Below, one piece after another: positions 1-9,097 of a stretch of 64,000 nucleotides of DNA. The DNA is taken from assembly GCA_965116935.1 (NCBI GenBank), contig OZ220737.1:1011686-1075685 (forward strand), read 5' to 3'. Numbering within the stretch: the first letter of the stretch is position 1; the number at the start of each line of letters is the position of its first letter. This stretch comes from Pseudomonadales bacterium. GTDB lineage: Bacteria > Pseudomonadota > Gammaproteobacteria > Pseudomonadales > Azotimanducaceae. Made by a program: the position numbers and the translations under genes. The notes under the pieces were generated by a model. It saw only the letters and a program-made list of their open reading frames with translations. It searched no databases and was not told the origin of the DNA.

Positions 1-1475
1 CGACAGGAAGCGACTGACGCCTCGTAGCTACGGTGGACATCCTCAATGATGTGCCGGCCCGCAATGGCCCCCACTTCAAACCGATCGAACTCCGGGCAGC
101 CGTCGAGAGTGATGGACGCTTTGTTCGTCCACAGCCCCGAGGGGCCCATCCCAGCGGGACACCCGTGCTTCAGCAACGTCATCACGAGCCTGCTTCGCAC
201 CGCTCGGTTGCCCTCGACAACGTCCTGTTCAATCTCCAACGCAATGTCGTAGTCACGAAGGAACTCCACGACATCTTCCTCGGTGGCGGATCGCAGTAGG
301 AATCGGCCGGCAAGAGTTTGCCTCTCCTCCGGATTCTGCACGTCCTCCTCCTCGAGCATGGTGACCCGTCCCGTCTCCAGCCATCGCAGCCAATACGCGA
401 CCGATCCACAGCTATAGGCATCGATTCGCCTGTCTCCTACGCGCAAGTCATTCATGCAAGTGTCGAAATCCCGGACGAGACGCTCCTCCGCATACGTGCC
501 GGGCAGGTAGTCGCCGTCGGGACGCGCGGCGATCAGAGATTCAAGGAACCGCGCATGGCCTTCGTGCGCCCACTGCAACCACGTCTCTCCCTGCTGATAG
601 CAGTGCGCGAGTTCGTGCGCGAGGAGGAGAAAGACGCGTTCCCCAAGCTCGTCCGAACGCTCCTCCCAACCCTTGCCCCGAAACCAGAGCCGCATCGAAC
701 AGCGTTCCCCGGCCGCGTCGCCGCCGTTGCGCGGCCCATCCGAACCCTCCACGAAGTAGTCGACAAGCACGGGGGCTGACTGTCGAGCAACGCCCAGAAT
801 CCGAACCAGCCCACGGTGCGCGCGCTCGTTCGACTCTCGAATCAACTCCTCGAGCCATGCCGGCAAGTTCGTCGGCAGCTGCACTGCGGAGTTTGGCTCC
901 AGGTTCCGACCCAGAAGCACAAAGCCGCTCTGGTCGGCAATCTCGCGATCTTCCTTCACGTCGACATACTGACCATCAACCACCGCGTGTACGCCTTCAC
1001 CTCCGGCAAGAACGACCGACACGCCGTCGCACCCCTTTGGCAGTTTCGGCAGCAGGTAAGGGACGAAGACCGCAATCCCACGCCCGTCCACCGCGAATGC
1101 GGTCGGATAAACGGCGCCATACCGTTGCTCTGGGGGTTCAGGCGAAACCACCACAGACGCCTCTCGAACCGGCTCGCGGAAGAGGATCCTCCCTTGCCCA
1201 TCCACCTCAGCACTGTCCGACTCAACAGCCAAGTGAGACATCCGCTCCACCGCTCCGCGGTCCGGCCAACTCAACTCGAGTGTCCGAGTCTCCTGCGGCA
1301 TCACATAGGCAACGCGGATGGCGCTATCCGATTCAGTGACTGCCAGCCGCATCCCGACTGTACCCACGCCATGTCTGCATTCCGCCTCCATCAACGGCTC
1401 TGCACGCCCTTGAGTACTCACCATGACAAGCGCGAGCCAGACCCACCACCAGACACCCCTTATCCCTTGTGCCAT
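1..1475 (-). CDS. Secreted HExxH zinc-metallopeptidase-like protein (3' end lies outside the window)
   Basis: Absent from the ORF track because its stop is left of position 1. Manual minus-strand translation from ATG 1475-1473 stays open to the window edge. It reads MAQGIRGVWWWVWLALVMVSTQGRAEP (signal-like) ... VFLLLAHELAHCYQQGETWLQWAHEGHARF (HExxH). The listed + strand ORFs here are R/H/P-rich and look antisense. Confidence 0.55.
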   Translation of the reverse strand, partial: MAQGIRGVWWWVWLALVMVSTQGRAEPLMEAECRHGVGTVGMRLAVTESDSAIRVAYVMPQETRTLELSWPDRGAVERMSHLAVESDSAEVDGQGRILFREPVREASVVVSPEPPEQRYGAVYPTAFAVDGRGIAVFVPYLLPKLPKGCDGVSVVLAGGEGVHAVVDGQYVDVKEDREIADQSGFVLLGRNLEPNSAVQLPTNLPAWLEELIRESNERAHRGLVRILGVARQSAPVLVDYFVEGSDGPRNGGDAAGERCSMRLWFRGKGWEERSDELGERVFLLLAHELAHCYQQGETWLQWAHEGHARFLESLIAARPDGDYLPGTYAEERLVRDFDTCMNDLRVGDRRIDAYSCGSVAYWLRWLETGRVTMLEEEDVQNPEERQTLAGRFLLRSATEEDVVEFLRDYDIALEIEQDVVEGNRAVRSRLVMTLLKHGCPAGMGPSGLWTNKASITLDGCPEFDRFEVGAIAGRHIIEDVHRSYEASVASC

Positions 1476-1497
1476 CAAATGCCCCCGTACAGTTTGT

Positions 1498-2079
1498 TCA
1501 CGACCAGTCGCCTCGTCGGGACCCATCTTTGGAGCGTGGATCACTCTGGTGATCCGCGCCTCTAACGAGATCGTAATCCGCCAAGGGAGGCTTTCCAATC
1601 TCAAGGCGTCGTGCGTCCACATTCGCCCCATCGTCGATGGGGTAGAGTTCCAACTTGCCGGTGGTCTCGTCGTGATAGAGCTGAGCGAGCTTAGCGCGTG
1701 AAATCCGCGCGCCCATGCAAGGCCCCACGACAGAGGTGCCGCCAGCGAACTCCGCCAATGCCTGATCGGTTTGCGCATTGCCGCCATAGACTTGAAGCGC
1801 CACGCGCTGGTGGTTGCACGATGTGACACCAAGAGCCAATGGCGCCCAGATCGCGCCGACTCCCGCTCGAACGCCGATCTTCCCTGTCGCTCGATCCAGA
1901 GAAAGCACTGACGCCCCCGCACCGCCAACCGTGCCGCGCCTAGCGCCTTCGACCGGCGCCTGGCCTTGCTGAGAAGGCCCTGTCGGAGTGTCCGGGCCCA
2001 GTTGTGGAGTGCCGGGATGGAGACCAGACTGGGGCCCGTTTTGGTGGATGGAAGGGGCGGATGCCTTTGTTGCCGGCAT
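1498..2079 (-). CDS. Hypothetical protein (true start probably internal)
   Basis: ORF ends 23 nt upstream of the peptidase-like gene on the same strand. The C-terminal two thirds look protein-like; the N-terminal P/G/Q-rich part is doubtful. No family recognised. Confidence 0.3.
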   Translation of the reverse strand: MPATKASAPSIHQNGPQSGLHPGTPQLGPDTPTGPSQQGQAPVEGARRGTVGGAGASVLSLDRATGKIGVRAGVGAIWAPLALGVTSCNHQRVALQVYGGNAQTDQALAEFAGGTSVVGPCMGARISRAKLAQLYHDETTGKLELYPIDDGANVDARRLEIGKPPLADYDLVRGADHQSDPRSKDGSRRGDWS

Positions 2080-2459
2080 GGGCGGCGGATTGGCCGGTTG
2101 GACATCTGGCGACGAGTGCTGGGGATGTGCCGCATGTGGTGGCGGTCGTGTTCTGCGAAGTCGGCGAGGCGATCTGGATTCCGATCGACGGCAAGCCCAA
2201 GAGTGGCGCGAAGCTCAAGCGCGTGCGCAACGTCGAGGCGAATGGACAAGCCTCGCTCCTCGTGGATCAATACGACGAGGATTGGTCCAAGCTGCGCTGG
2301 GTGCGGGTCGATGGCGCCGCCGAGGTGGTGACGATGCCGCCCGACGTTGCCGCTGCGTTCCGGGTCAAGTATGCGCAATACCGGAGCACGTCCCTTGGCG
2401 ACACCTGCATACGCATCACGGGGCGGCGTTCGCGGGAGTGGTCCGCGGCGCCGGCGTGA
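2061..2459 (+). CDS. PPOX-class (pyridoxamine 5'-phosphate oxidase-like, probable F420-dependent) family protein
   Basis: DGKPKSGAKLKRVRNVEANGQASLLVDQYDEDWSKLRWVRVDGAAEVV resembles the PPOX/F420 split-barrel family. Start placed at the internal Met (MPLLPAW). Confidence 0.55.
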   Translation: MPLLPAWAADWPVGHLATSAGDVPHVVAVVFCEVGEAIWIPIDGKPKSGAKLKRVRNVEANGQASLLVDQYDEDWSKLRWVRVDGAAEVVTMPPDVAAAFRVKYAQYRSTSLGDTCIRITGRRSREWSAAPA

Positions 2460-2577
2460 AGTCTGCAAGTCGGCGAAATCCGCAAGTCGGCCTGTCCAGC
2501 CTCCGGTAGCGTGCGGTTGCGGCCAGCAGGCGCCCTGAAAGACAATCCCGCGCCCTGCATCCCTCTTGGGGCTTTTG

Positions 2578-5025
2578 ATGCCCGCTGCATCCATCGCGAG
2601 GCCATGGAGCGCGTTGCGTGCTGCCGGTGCCTTGGCTTTGCTCGTTGCCGTCACGGTGGCGTTTGCTGATGCGCCGGCGTCGTCGGTCGTCGTCGGGCCG
2701 CTCAACCCGGTTGGCGGCGCCGACGCCACGGAGAAGGCCATCGTGCCGCCGCGGCACGACCATGCATCTGTTGGCATCACCATCGATGGCCGGCTCGACG
2801 AGGACATCTGGCGGCGCGTGCCGGCCTACGACCACATGGTGGTCACCACCCCGGACGTCAGGCGCCGGGCGAGGTATCAAACGCAGACGTTCCTTTTCTA
2901 TACCCAGCGGGGCATGTACGTGGCGGCCTGGAACGAACAACCCGAAGGCACTCTCATGGGGCCGCTGTCGGGGCGCGACTCATTCGAGCATGCCGATGCC
3001 TACCAGATCGTGGTGGACTCTTCCGGGGAGGGGCTCTACGGCTACTGGTTCCGCGTCAAGCTGGGCGACTCCCTGATGGACGGCACGCTGCTGCCGGAAC
3101 GCCGCTTCGGGCGCGACTGGGATGGGCCATGGGACGCCCGCACCCAGCGAACGGACGATGGCTGGACGATGGAGATGTTCCTGCCCTGGTCCATGATGAA
3201 CATGCCCGCCGGCGACGGCGAGCGACGCATCGCCATCGAGATCGCCCGGTTCCTGCCCCACCTCAACGAAGTCTGGTCGTGGCCAGCGCTGCCCGACACG
3301 GAGCCGCAGTTCATCTCCATGTTCCAGCCGCTGACCCTGGCCGGCGTCGCACCGCGCCAGGAGGTCAGTGTGTTCCCCTATGCGGCCGTGAGCGCCGACC
3401 TTGCGCGCGGCACCCAGGCCAAGGACGCCGGCGTGAACGTGTTCTGGCGACCCTCTTCCGCCTTCTTTCTCAGCGCCGCCGCCAACCCCGACTTCGGTCA
3501 GGTCGAGGCGGATGATGTGGTTGTGAACCTCTCTGCCTACGAGACCTTCTTCCCGGAGAAGCGCCTGTTCTTCCAGGAGAACCAAGACATCTTCAGCACC
3601 GGCGAATACGGCTACGCCAACGCGGCAAGCCCGCTGCACACGCGTCGCATGGGCTCGTCCGTGGGGTCCCGGCGCGGGCGAGGAGACCTCGGCGACGAGC
3701 CGCTCGAAGCGCACGACTTGACGCGCCCAGTCGATTTGCGCCTCGCCGCCAAGGCAGCGCTGCAGGCTGGCCGCTCCCGCTATGGGTCAATGCTGGTGGC
3801 GGAGGACGACACCCGCCTGCGCCGTGCCGATGGCGAAGGCAGCGTCACCGCCCGAGGGCGCGACTTCGCCGTGCTGCGCTACCAATACGAAGACACATCG
3901 TCGCGCGCTCGCAAGTCCATTGGCTGGCTCGGCACGCTGGCGCAGCATCCGGAGCGGCGGGCGGTGTCTCAGGCGGTCGATGCCAACTACCGCACGCCCG
4001 ACGGCGATTGGAGCGTCGAGGCGCAAGTGCTCGGCTCTGACGTCGAGGGGGAGCGCGGCTGGGGCGGGATGCTCGACATCGTCAACGTGCCGCGGACGGG
4101 AGATCAGCACTTCCTCCACATCGCGAGCTTTGACGACGGCCTCGATCTCAACGACTTGGGCTATCTCTGGCGCAACGACTACACGCGCGTCTTCTACGAG
4201 TTCTGGCGCCGGCGGCAGGATTACCAGCGCATTCGCGACACCAACGGCTGGGCGTACTTCCACGCCGACGTCAACGGCGCGGGGCAACTGGTGGAGGGAG
4301 TGGCGCAGCTCCACTACGGCTGGGGCTTCAAGAACAACACCCGCATCTATGCGGACATCGAGTACTTCCCGCCGTATTGGGACGACCGCAATAGCCGCGG
4401 CAACGGCACGTTCCGGCTCGGACGGGCGTGGGAGACCATGCTCGGCTGGAACAGCGCGCCGGACGGCAGATTCAACGCTGGCGTCAGCGTTGAACTCGGA
4501 CGCGAACCCGTCGGAGGCACGTCCCACGAAGCCGACGTGTTTCTGACCTACACCCCGCTCGACCGCATCCGCCTGCGCCTTTCCACGGGCTACCGGAACC
4601 GCGAGAGCTGGCTGGTGTGGCAGGGTGGCGCCAACCTCACCTCGTTCGCCTCGGAGGACTGGTTCGCGTCACTTGGTGCGGAAGCCTACTTCACGGCCCG
4701 CCAACACCTTCAGGTGCGGATTCAATGGGTGGCGGTGAAGGCATACGAGAGCGAGCGCTACCGCATCGCTGGCGAGACCTGGCTCGCCCCGGTACCGCGT
4801 CCTTCCACAGCCAACGCCGACTCCTTCGCCATCAGCGACGTGGTCCTGCAACTGCGCTACCGATGGCAGATGGCGCCGCTGTCGGATCTGTTCCTCGTGT
4901 ACAACCGCACCGGCAGCCTGCCGAACGACAGGCGGCGGCGGTTCACTCGCCTTTTCGACGACAGCTTCCGAACGCCTGAGGAGGGGGGGTTGCTGCTGAA
5001 GGTTCGCTATCGACTTGGCACATGA
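2578..5025 (+). CDS. Large secreted / outer-membrane-like protein (DUF5916 / carbohydrate-binding family 9-like)
   Basis: 815-aa ORF with an N-terminal signal peptide (ALALLVAVTVAFADA). The aromatic-rich C-terminal half ends ..LLKVRYRLGT, typical of beta-barrel-like proteins. Family assignment is from memory of DUF5916 architecture. Confidence 0.55.
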   Translation: MPAASIARPWSALRAAGALALLVAVTVAFADAPASSVVVGPLNPVGGADATEKAIVPPRHDHASVGITIDGRLDEDIWRRVPAYDHMVVTTPDVRRRARYQTQTFLFYTQRGMYVAAWNEQPEGTLMGPLSGRDSFEHADAYQIVVDSSGEGLYGYWFRVKLGDSLMDGTLLPERRFGRDWDGPWDARTQRTDDGWTMEMFLPWSMMNMPAGDGERRIAIEIARFLPHLNEVWSWPALPDTEPQFISMFQPLTLAGVAPRQEVSVFPYAAVSADLARGTQAKDAGVNVFWRPSSAFFLSAAANPDFGQVEADDVVVNLSAYETFFPEKRLFFQENQDIFSTGEYGYANAASPLHTRRMGSSVGSRRGRGDLGDEPLEAHDLTRPVDLRLAAKAALQAGRSRYGSMLVAEDDTRLRRADGEGSVTARGRDFAVLRYQYEDTSSRARKSIGWLGTLAQHPERRAVSQAVDANYRTPDGDWSVEAQVLGSDVEGERGWGGMLDIVNVPRTGDQHFLHIASFDDGLDLNDLGYLWRNDYTRVFYEFWRRRQDYQRIRDTNGWAYFHADVNGAGQLVEGVAQLHYGWGFKNNTRIYADIEYFPPYWDDRNSRGNGTFRLGRAWETMLGWNSAPDGRFNAGVSVELGREPVGGTSHEADVFLTYTPLDRIRLRLSTGYRNRESWLVWQGGANLTSFASEDWFASLGAEAYFTARQHLQVRIQWVAVKAYESERYRIAGETWLAPVPRPSTANADSFAISDVVLQLRYRWQMAPLSDLFLVYNRTGSLPNDRRRRFTRLFDDSFRTPEEGGLLLKVRYRLGT

Positions 5026-5117
5026 GGAAATCCCCAACCGGATCAAACGCCTTCCCAAACGACCGGCTGCTTGCCGGCGCATCGCTCGCGCACTAGATTG
5101 CGCTTCTTGATCAGCAT

Positions 5118-6671
5118 ATGTTCGGCTTTTTGGGTCGCGGCTGGTCAGGGTTCTCCACCATGGAGTCAGCGATGACTGACAACGGCAAGCCCACCTTCCT
5201 CACCGTTCGGGACCTCGGCCCAATCGTCCGCGCAGATGTTGAGCTCCGTCCGGTTACGGTCTTCGTTGGCCCGAGCAACACAGGCAAATCGTTCCTGTCG
5301 ATCCTTCTGTACGCCTTGCGCAAAGCACACGATGACCGTTGGAGCGTGAGCAATGCGGCTACCTGGAATCGACGGTTTCGCGAGCGCGCGAGCAAGGGAG
5401 TTAGGCGGAAAACGACGGCATGGGCCAACGGGCTGTCGGAACTCGACAGCCTCGTCGAAGTGCCCGTGGACATCAAGGATGCCGTCGCGCCGATTGCCCA
5501 GCTGGAACACGCCGACCAAGTCGCAGGCGAGTTGGCGCGTTGCTTCGGAGTGAGCGACCTTCGCCGCCTCGTTCGTCGTTCGGCAAACACATGCGCCTTC
5601 GGACTAAGCAGCGTCCCGGATACCCCGGAGCCTTTTCGCTTTCGGATTTCACGAGCTGGCCGTTACTCCCTCGACCCAGCCACGATAGGTAGCGCGATTG
5701 GGCGGTTCCAGACAACCGGCCTGCGCGTCAACTCACGGTCCCTCCACGGTGAGGTGGACGAGGCCATCTCAAGGCTGGTGGAGGTGGCCCGGATGTTGAT
5801 TTGCGCCGAGATCGCATCGGCGATCGGCCCGCCAGCGTCATCTGTCCACTACTTGCCGGCGGATCGAACCGGAATCATGCACGCACACCGCGCAGTCGTC
5901 AGTTCCTTGATCAGGAGCGCTTCGCGAGGAGGGCCTCTCTCGGAGGCGCCCCTTCCAGAGCTATCGGGTGTCGTGGCTGACTTTCTGCAGCGTCTAATTG
6001 GCATGCGGGAAGGTGCGTCCCCAATGCGCTCCGCAAATGCCGCAACCGACCGTGGAGTCCACGACGCTCGACGGCTCTCCGATTTGTTGGGGCGGCTGCA
6101 AAAGGACATCCTCGACGGGTCCATCGCCATCACGCAATCGGAAACCGGCTACCCTTCCTTCAGCTACAGGCCAACAGGCTGGAACGATGCGCTGCCGCTA
6201 GCCAACGCGTCCTCGATGGTCTCGGAACTCGCACCCGTAGTGCTCTTCCTGCGCCACGTCGTCGGCCCCGGGGACACTCTCATCGTGGAAGAGCCCGAAG
6301 CCCACCTCCACCCAGCCAAGCAGGTCGAGTTCACCCACTGCCTTGCCGCCGTCGCCAAGGCTGGCGTCCGAGTGGTCATCACCACGCACAGCGAGTGGGT
6401 GCTCGAAGCCCTTGCCAACCTGGTGCGCATGTCCGCCTTGCCCAAGACGGACCGCGGTGGCCTTCCGGGGAACGAGTTTGCCTTGGATCCGGATGAGGTT
6501 GGCGCGTGGATGTTCCAGCCACGCAAACGTCCGAAGGGCTCAGTCGTCACGGAGGTGCCGCTAAACCTTGAGTCGGCCACATTCCCCGCTGGCTTCGGTG
6601 AAGTTACCGCCTCGCTCTACAACGACTGGGCCAGGATTTCGAATCGAGTCGAGCAAGGCAAGCAACAATGA
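5118..6671 (+). CDS. ABC-type AAA_15/AAA_21-like ATPase (possibly with a DUF3696-like C-terminus)
   Basis: Walker A GPSNTGKS, signature-like NASSMVSEL, Walker B/D-loop LIVEEPEAHLHP, H-loop ITTHSEW. The true start may be Met at 5160 or 5172. Confidence 0.8.
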   Translation: MFGFLGRGWSGFSTMESAMTDNGKPTFLTVRDLGPIVRADVELRPVTVFVGPSNTGKSFLSILLYALRKAHDDRWSVSNAATWNRRFRERASKGVRRKTTAWANGLSELDSLVEVPVDIKDAVAPIAQLEHADQVAGELARCFGVSDLRRLVRRSANTCAFGLSSVPDTPEPFRFRISRAGRYSLDPATIGSAIGRFQTTGLRVNSRSLHGEVDEAISRLVEVARMLICAEIASAIGPPASSVHYLPADRTGIMHAHRAVVSSLIRSASRGGPLSEAPLPELSGVVADFLQRLIGMREGASPMRSANAATDRGVHDARRLSDLLGRLQKDILDGSIAITQSETGYPSFSYRPTGWNDALPLANASSMVSELAPVVLFLRHVVGPGDTLIVEEPEAHLHPAKQVEFTHCLAAVAKAGVRVVITTHSEWVLEALANLVRMSALPKTDRGGLPGNEFALDPDEVGAWMFQPRKRPKGSVVTEVPLNLESATFPAGFGEVTASLYNDWARISNRVEQGKQQ

Positions 6672-7138
6672 AGCGCTCACTCATGGACGTGCTCAAGGAG
6701 CGCGTGGCGGAGTCGTGCCTCGTGTCACGGCTCGACAAGCAGGGCTGCACGCTTGGGCTCGATCACACGCCGGAACCCAATGTGGTGGTTGACCTTGACC
6801 ACGTAGAAGCACCTGTCCGTCGTTCCCAGCAAAAATGCGATTACCTATTTTTCGGATCCGAAGGCAAGGGGGGCGTAGTCGCCGTAGCCATCGAAATGAA
6901 GAGTGGAAGGGTTAAGCCCTCCGGTGCCAAAAGCCAACTTCAAGCGGGGGCCAAAATCGCTGAACGCTTGGTCGCGGGCCTCGCTCCAGCGCGGTTCGCC
7001 CCGGTGCTCGTCCACGGGGCCACTCTCTCCCGCCGCACCTACGACCAGATGGCCAAGCAGCAGGTCACCTTCCGCAAGGGAGGCTACCGAATCGAGCTGC
7101 TCCCATGCGGCGAGCAACTGGCTAGCGCACTGGATTAG
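6668..7138 (+). CDS. Small (156 aa) protein with a PD-(D/E)xK-like motif, coupled to the ATPase
   Basis: ATGA start/stop overlap with the ATPase gene. KCDYLFFGSEGKGGVVAVAIEMKSG gives D-x13-E-x-K, followed by SQLQAG. The nuclease fold is inferred only. Confidence 0.6.
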   Translation: MKRSLMDVLKERVAESCLVSRLDKQGCTLGLDHTPEPNVVVDLDHVEAPVRRSQQKCDYLFFGSEGKGGVVAVAIEMKSGRVKPSGAKSQLQAGAKIAERLVAGLAPARFAPVLVHGATLSRRTYDQMAKQQVTFRKGGYRIELLPCGEQLASALD

Positions 7139-7197
7139 CTGGTCGACCATCGCCAGACAGTCATCCAGGTGGCTTCCGGATTTTTGCCAGGGTTCAC

Positions 7198-7440
7198 TTA
7201 GCGCTTGATGCGGTATGGCTCCAGCGCGGCCTTTGTGCGCTTGGACGGGCCTGGCGTGCTGTACCCGCCCAACTCGCGCCAGGAGCGTGATTCGAGGAAG
7301 GGCGTTGTTTCTCCGAGGATCCTCACCAGCGCGTCGTGCTTGATACGGTAGGTGGCATCGTCAACAGGAAACTCGACCACAATGCCGCGGCCACAGTGCT
7401 TCCGGTCGATGCGCATGCGGGTGTTCCGAACGACATTCAT
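7198..7440 (-). CDS. Hypothetical 80-aa protein immediately downstream of hicB
   Basis: ORF starts 6 nt after the hicB stop on the same strand. No HicA-like GSH motif and no family recognised. Confidence 0.4.
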   Translation of the reverse strand: MNVVRNTRMRIDRKHCGRGIVVEFPVDDATYRIKHDALVRILGETTPFLESRSWRELGGYSTPGPSKRTKAALEPYRIKR

Positions 7441-7446
7441 GGAGCG

Positions 7447-7683
7447 TCAGACGACGGTCTCAAGCCATATTGGCTCTTGTGACGACGGAAGGACGGTACT
7501 GCGTGGGAGTGGGCGTCCCAAATCTTCGTAGAGCTCGACAACGGCCGCGACTGCGTCCTTTACGTTGGCTAAGACATCGGCCACGGTGTCGCCCTCTGTC
7601 ACCAACTCGGGCAGCAGCGGGGAAGTCACCGTGTAGCCGCCCTCAGCCTGCGGCGTTAACACCAACGGGAGCTTGTAGTGCAT
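7447..7683 (-). CDS. hicB: HicB-family antitoxin (UPF0150-like)
   Basis: MHYKLPLVLTPQAEGGYTVTSPLLPELVTEGDTVADVLANVKDAVAAVVELYEDLGRPLP matches the HicB N-terminal fold signature. Start placed at the internal Met. Confidence 0.75.
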   Translation of the reverse strand: MHYKLPLVLTPQAEGGYTVTSPLLPELVTEGDTVADVLANVKDAVAAVVELYEDLGRPLPRSTVLPSSQEPIWLETVV

Positions 7684-8034
7684 GTTGCGCGCCTTCCCAA
7701 CAAGGCGACCCATGTTGGTTGTCCGATGCCCGGATTTCAAGCACCCGTGCGAGGTCGCAGCGTGGCCGCGCGTGCTGGCTCACTTCTCGCTTGACGGGGC
7801 TCGCATCTGCAACGCAACTCGATGCGCTACGATAGCGGCTAGGCACCGGACGATTTCGAAGGGCATTCACAAGGGAAGTGAAACGATGGCGCTAAACGAG
7901 TTGGCAGAGCGCTGTCCAACATCGGCATGCTTCCAGGCACGTCGTCGTTCGCGCTGTTGCCCGTCACGGCAAGTCGCTCCACCATTCAGCCGTCGCACAC
8001 GAATCACGGGCTAGCGCGTCCTGTAGTCCGAAAC

Positions 8035-9078
8035 ATGGCACTCGAGCGCATCAAGGTTTGCGGCTTCAAGAGCATCAGCAAGCTCGACTTGCGGCTGCAG
8101 CCCATTAACTTGCTCATCGGGGCCAACGGGTCAGGTAAGTCGAATTTCCTGGAGGTCTTCCCGCTGACCCACGCGGTCCGACTGGGCCAAGAGGCGCGCT
8201 ACTCCGCCATGCGTGGCGGCGCAAACCGCGCGTTTCACTTTGGCTCGAAACACACCTCCGAGATCCGTATCGAGCTCGAGCTTTCCGGCACGATAGGGTA
8301 TTCGGCCGTCATCGTCGCAACCGACGAGGACCGGCTGCTGAGTGTGGAAGAGGGTCTGTCAGGTGACAAGGGCGAAGAGATAGACCTCCTCTTCCCTGAC
8401 GATGACGAGGGAGAGGTCGAGATGGCACTGGACCGCGCCATGGCGAGATGGCGTGCCTACCAGTTCCATGACACCAGTCCGCGATCGCCCATACGTACCA
8501 ATGCGCTCGTTCGCGACCGTCGCCGCCTGCGCACCAACGGTGCGAATCTGGCGTCGTTTCTTTACCGCCTGAGCAAGCACCGACGGAAGTCCTACAGGCG
8601 CATCCTCCATACAGTGCGCTTGGCGGCTCCATTCTTGTCGGATTTCGTGCTCGAACCTGACGACGACTCGATCCGGCTCGAATGGCTTCACGCCGAGTGC
8701 GAGGGGTTCTTCGATGTGGCATCCATGTCGGATGGGACGCTCCGGTTTATTGCTCTCACGACGTTGTTTTGTCAGCCTGTGGAACTCCGCCCGAGCGTCA
8801 TCGTCGTGGACGAGCCCGAACTTGGCCTTCATCCGGCAGCGATCGGCTTGCTGGCGGAGATGGTCAAGACGGCGGCACTCGACTCGACCGTTATCGTGGC
8901 CACGCAATCGCCAACGCTTGTCGATTATTTCGAGCCAGAGGACGTGGTGGTGGTGGACCTGGTAGACGGTGCAACGGAATTCAGACGGCTCGAACGTGCC
9001 GAACTCGAGGAGTGGCTCGAGGACTTCAGCCTTGGCGAGCTGTGGGAAAAGAACCACCTTGGAGGACGGCCGGCCTGA
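8035..9078 (+). CDS. AAA_15/AAA_21-like ATPase (partner of DUF4276)
   Basis: MALERIKVCGFKSISKLDLRLQPINLLIGANGSGKSNFLEVF (Walker A), SDGTLRFIAL (signature-like), VIVVDEPELGLHP (Walker B), VATQSP. Confidence 0.8.
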   Translation: MALERIKVCGFKSISKLDLRLQPINLLIGANGSGKSNFLEVFPLTHAVRLGQEARYSAMRGGANRAFHFGSKHTSEIRIELELSGTIGYSAVIVATDEDRLLSVEEGLSGDKGEEIDLLFPDDDEGEVEMALDRAMARWRAYQFHDTSPRSPIRTNALVRDRRRLRTNGANLASFLYRLSKHRRKSYRRILHTVRLAAPFLSDFVLEPDDDSIRLEWLHAECEGFFDVASMSDGTLRFIALTTLFCQPVELRPSVIVVDEPELGLHPAAIGLLAEMVKTAALDSTVIVATQSPTLVDYFEPEDVVVVDLVDGATEFRRLERAELEEWLEDFSLGELWEKNHLGGRPA

Positions 9079-9097
9079 CGCCGCGCCGTTTCCCGCA

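Noticed and set aside
318-1565. + strand ORFs 318..779, 816..1565 and 857..1339
   Set aside because: They are H/R/P-rich with no motifs. The opposite strand carries one uninterrupted, motif-bearing frame (HELAH) that runs off the window edge.
7684-7870. Possible hicA gene upstream of hicB
   Set aside because: There is only a faint resemblance (CDLARVLE..HGSP) in a frame that runs into hicB. There is no GSH..H core and no proper length. At best it is a remnant, so it is not annotated as a feature.
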